Assembly: GCA_950097015.1 (NCBI GenBank) | Contig: CATNEN010000001.1 | Coordinates: 992,001-1,056,000 of the forward strand | Direction: 5' to 3' | Length of the DNA: 64,000 nucleotides | DNA from: Macrostomum hystrix | Lineage: Eukaryota; Animalia; Platyhelminthes | In this document: positions 61,002 through 64,000 of the stretch, piece after piece | Layout: each line of letters starts with the position of its first letter | Position numbering within the stretch: the first letter of the stretch is position 1 | Translations under genes and position numbers: made by a program | The notes under the pieces: generated by a model | What the model saw: only the letters and a program-made list of their open reading frames with translations | Told to the model about the DNA's origin: nothing | Database searches by the model: none

Positions 61002-61925
61002 TCACCTCAAGACCTGGGGATACACCACATTCTTCGTTCTTCCCCTTGGTGCGAAAAGCTGCCCATGCGAGAAGCAAGGAGTCTCCAGGTTGATGCCAGC
61101 CACCTTCAGCGACTGTCCCTGAGCCTTGTAAATAGTCATCGCAAAGCACACTCTCACAGGGAACTGCAGTCGCTTGAACTGAAATGGCAGGTCCGTGGGG
61201 ATAATTGGAATCCGGGGAACGAACACAGACTCTCCTCTGCCAGATCCAGTCATTATCGTGGCCTCAATCACGTGTGGGAAGAGCCGCCTGACTATCAGTC
61301 TGGTGCCGTTACACAGCCTTGGCGCATTCAGGTTGCGGAGGAGCATAATTGGTGCCCCAACTTTCAGCTGCAAGTTGTGCGATGGAGTTCCAGGAGGATC
61401 TAGAGAGTTCAGAAACTCAACAGGATACTCCACAGCGGTGTCATCAGTCAACGTTGTATCAATTGACTTGTAGGTGAAAACTGCACCTGGCAACTCCTGA
61501 AGCAGTTGGTAGTTAATTTCGTTGGCGGCATCATTTCTAGGACACAGAATTGCCCTCTCTGACAGCCAGTCAACGTCAGCATATCGAACCATCAGGTTCG
61601 GGTAAACTTTTGCCTTGAGCTCCTGCACTGACTGCACAATGTTTCCGATTGTAGCGATCGATGACTGCCCATCCTCGGTGCTAATCTCCAGCAGACCATT
61701 GCCGATTCGCAATAGATTGGCAGAGAACTCATGAGCTGTTTCGTCTCCTTGAATTGTAGCTCTCATGTTTGTTCGTAGGTGCAACTTCACAACCGATGGC
61801 CACAGGTGAGATGATTTTAGGCAAGCATTAATCTCATCAGCAGGAGTGCCACGCGGAATCACAGGCAGCGTCTGTCTAAAGTCTCCAGACAGCAGCAGAG
61901 TGACACCACCCATCAGTTGATCGCC
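61002..61925 (-). pseudogene. C-terminal Pif1-family helicase fragment of Helitron RepHel
   Basis: GDFRQTLPV, LRTNMR, MLLRNL..PRLCNGTRL, RLQFPVRVCFAMTI.KAQGQSL, FSHGQL. Confidence 0.9.
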
Positions 61926-62639
61926 AGCCTCTCTCTTTCTTCTATCCCAGGCTGGCTGGAGAGAAATATCGACCGGAGAGCCCTGCGCACTGGGACGCCA
62001 CCGCACTCAGTCTCAGTGCTGCTTGGGGGCCAGTAGACAGTCTAGGGGTTTGGGCTGTGTACATTCACGTCTTGAAATACAATGTACAGTCTGGGGCTTC
62101 GGCGCCCGGGGAAGGGAGGGGGTGGCTGTAATAAAATTTGGCCCGCAGAGTGGCGGAGGGGAGTTGGGGTGGCTGTCCTCGGAAAACAAAAAGTGACTCA
62201 CTTTGAGATGATGCAGCTTTGCTCTGGATTGAGTAGAGATGTTCAAAATTGACAGCATTGTTGGAAAACATGTAAAGTGTAAGTGGATCAAATTTGGAGA
62301 AAATCTGACAAAGTGGGGCGACGATATGTCGAATTGAGTGATTTTTTGACGATTTTTGAGCAGTTTTTTGCACTTTTGAGCAGGAAGGAAATGATTTTTC
62401 GGGAATTTGAGTAGCCTATTGCACTCAGCGTAGGTGGTTTTAGGTATGTGCAAAGTTTGGTGCGATTTGGTTGAGCGGTTTCGGCGTCTATAAAGACAAA
62501 AGGTTGCACACAGACAGACAGACAGACAGAGTTTTCACTTTTATATATATAGATGAGTTGTGCCAAAATCTAAAGACAATAACCGAAGTGACACAGGCAC
62601 AGCAAACCAATGAATAAACAAGTAATTAAATTGCCAACC

Positions 62640-63362
62640 ATGGCATCTTACGGAAAGAGAAATGTTCCTCAAGTTGGCCATTCAAGCAAATGCTGACAGA
62701 CTAGATGGGATTCGTCCTGCCGAAAAGTTCGACAAAATAGCGCGAGGTTGGATGAAGGTGTGAATAGGAACCTGATCTTCCTTGACGAATTTGGGTTCAA
62801 CATTTGGACGGCTCGAACTCAAGGATGGGCCTCAAAAGGTCAACGTGCTGTGCGCATTGTGAATGGTCAGCGTGGAAAGAATCTGAGCCTCTGCCTTGCC
62901 ATCTCGCCAGAGTGGGGGCTGGTTCACTCTGCGCTGGTTGAAGGTGGATTCCGGAATGAGCATTTTGCAGATTTTTTGGTGGAGCTCGATGTTCTGGTGG
63001 AAGCTGAGTGGACCCTGGTTTTTGATGGCGCACGAGCCCACAATGCGGTCCCCGGTCTCTCACCACAACACTCAACTTTCCAACTGCCGCCTTACTCTCC
63101 ATTTCTCAACCCTGCTGAGTGCGCCGGTTCATGCGTCAAGGCTGCAGTCAAGCGAACTCTGTCGGCTCCCAATGTGCAGCAGGAGATTGCAAATGGGCCA
63201 GCTGCGGCAAATCTGACTCTGCATGCTTGGCGAATGCTCATTCTCAAACGGGAGGTGGAGGCTGCACTGCCGGTGATTACCAGGGAGAAATGCATGCAGT
63301 GGAGCCATCACACCACTCGCTACTACGGACGGTGCTTGAACCGCGAAGACATTCTTTTCTAA
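62640..63362 (+). pseudogene. Tc1/IS630-like DDE transposase, catalytic domain fragment
   Basis: IFLDEFGF, VFDGARAH, LPPYSPFLNPAE; upstream part disrupted. Confidence 0.85.
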
Positions 63363-64000
63363 TTTTGCTATAATTCATGAACTCAAGAACTTACCAATTG
63401 TTTTTATATTTTTCAATGTTGGAGCCCATGTTACATAGTCACAGAGTTACAGAGTTATTTTTTATTGGTTTGTATGCAGTTAAAAATTGGCATTGGACGA
63501 ATTATATTGCAGATTGGCTGAATTGTTCTGCGGGATAATCCAGTTGTCTATGGGGAATTCTGGCTTCCACTCAATGGGCTGGCCCTGGCTGGCTGAAAGC
63601 TTTTGCAGATAGGCTGAATTCATTTACAAAAAGCTATATTTTTTTAGTTCTTTTAGTGTTACGGATGTTTCGTTGAAGTGCATCAGATTGAAAGCTGTTG
63701 TCTACGGCACTTTGTAGAAGTGGTACAGGGGATGGGGCATGAAAATTTAAATATCTCGAGAATGACAGTAGATACATGACCAAACAGCTAGTCATTTTTA
63801 CGGGCAGATAATTGTCTTTGTAACCGCTGCAGTCTGAATATTTTTTTGGTCAGAACCGGCTGAAATGAAGAAAGTGCACGGACTTTTGGGACACCTCTCG
63901 TACGTTTCTCTCGTTAAACTTGTCAACTGGCACGAGCGCAATCACGATGATCCTCGTTTTTTACGATATATGGCAACGCAGGAGTCATACGAATCTATTG

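Larger units (their letters stand above)
60341..62553 (-). mobile_element. Non-autonomous Helitron
   Basis: Minus strand begins A|TCTATATATATAAAA...(CTGT)n and ends with a TGCCC...GGGCA hairpin plus CTAG|T; carries a Pif1 helicase fragment. Confidence 0.85.

Overview
Eukaryotic genomic DNA, probably from an invertebrate animal (short GT-AG introns; Helitron, Tc1, LTR and DIRS-type relics). About 58 kb of the window is a nested, partly rearranged cluster of copies of an unusual plasmid/virus-like DNA element, present as two diverged lineages. Lineage A has one apparently complete ~19.5-kb unit (~34.7-54.3 kb) and several deleted copies (0.4-17.5 kb, 31.9-34.7 kb, 55-58 kb); lineage B occupies ~17.6-31.6 kb. 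Both lineages encode two convergent spliced genes. One is a large Rep-like protein with an SF3 helicase behind what looks like a catalytically dead HUH domain. The other is a large tyrosine recombinase with an N-terminal zinc-finger module. Both also share two small orphan gene families and palindromic cis-sites with a common GCGCAC...TATATA half-site. Lineage A adds a recombinase-less zinc-finger paralog, an acidic repeat protein, ~100-bp palindromic arrays and tRNA-like Pol III units. Lineage B adds a stand-alone LOTUS-like gene and two perfect 38-bp palindromes. I could not recognise a capsid or DNA polymerase gene. The last ~6 kb holds ordinary TE debris: a 16-bp satellite, a DIRS/Ngaro-type recombinase relic, a Helitron with a nested hAT MITE, and a Tc1/IS630-like transposase fragment. 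All domain calls are by-eye motif recognition, not database searches.
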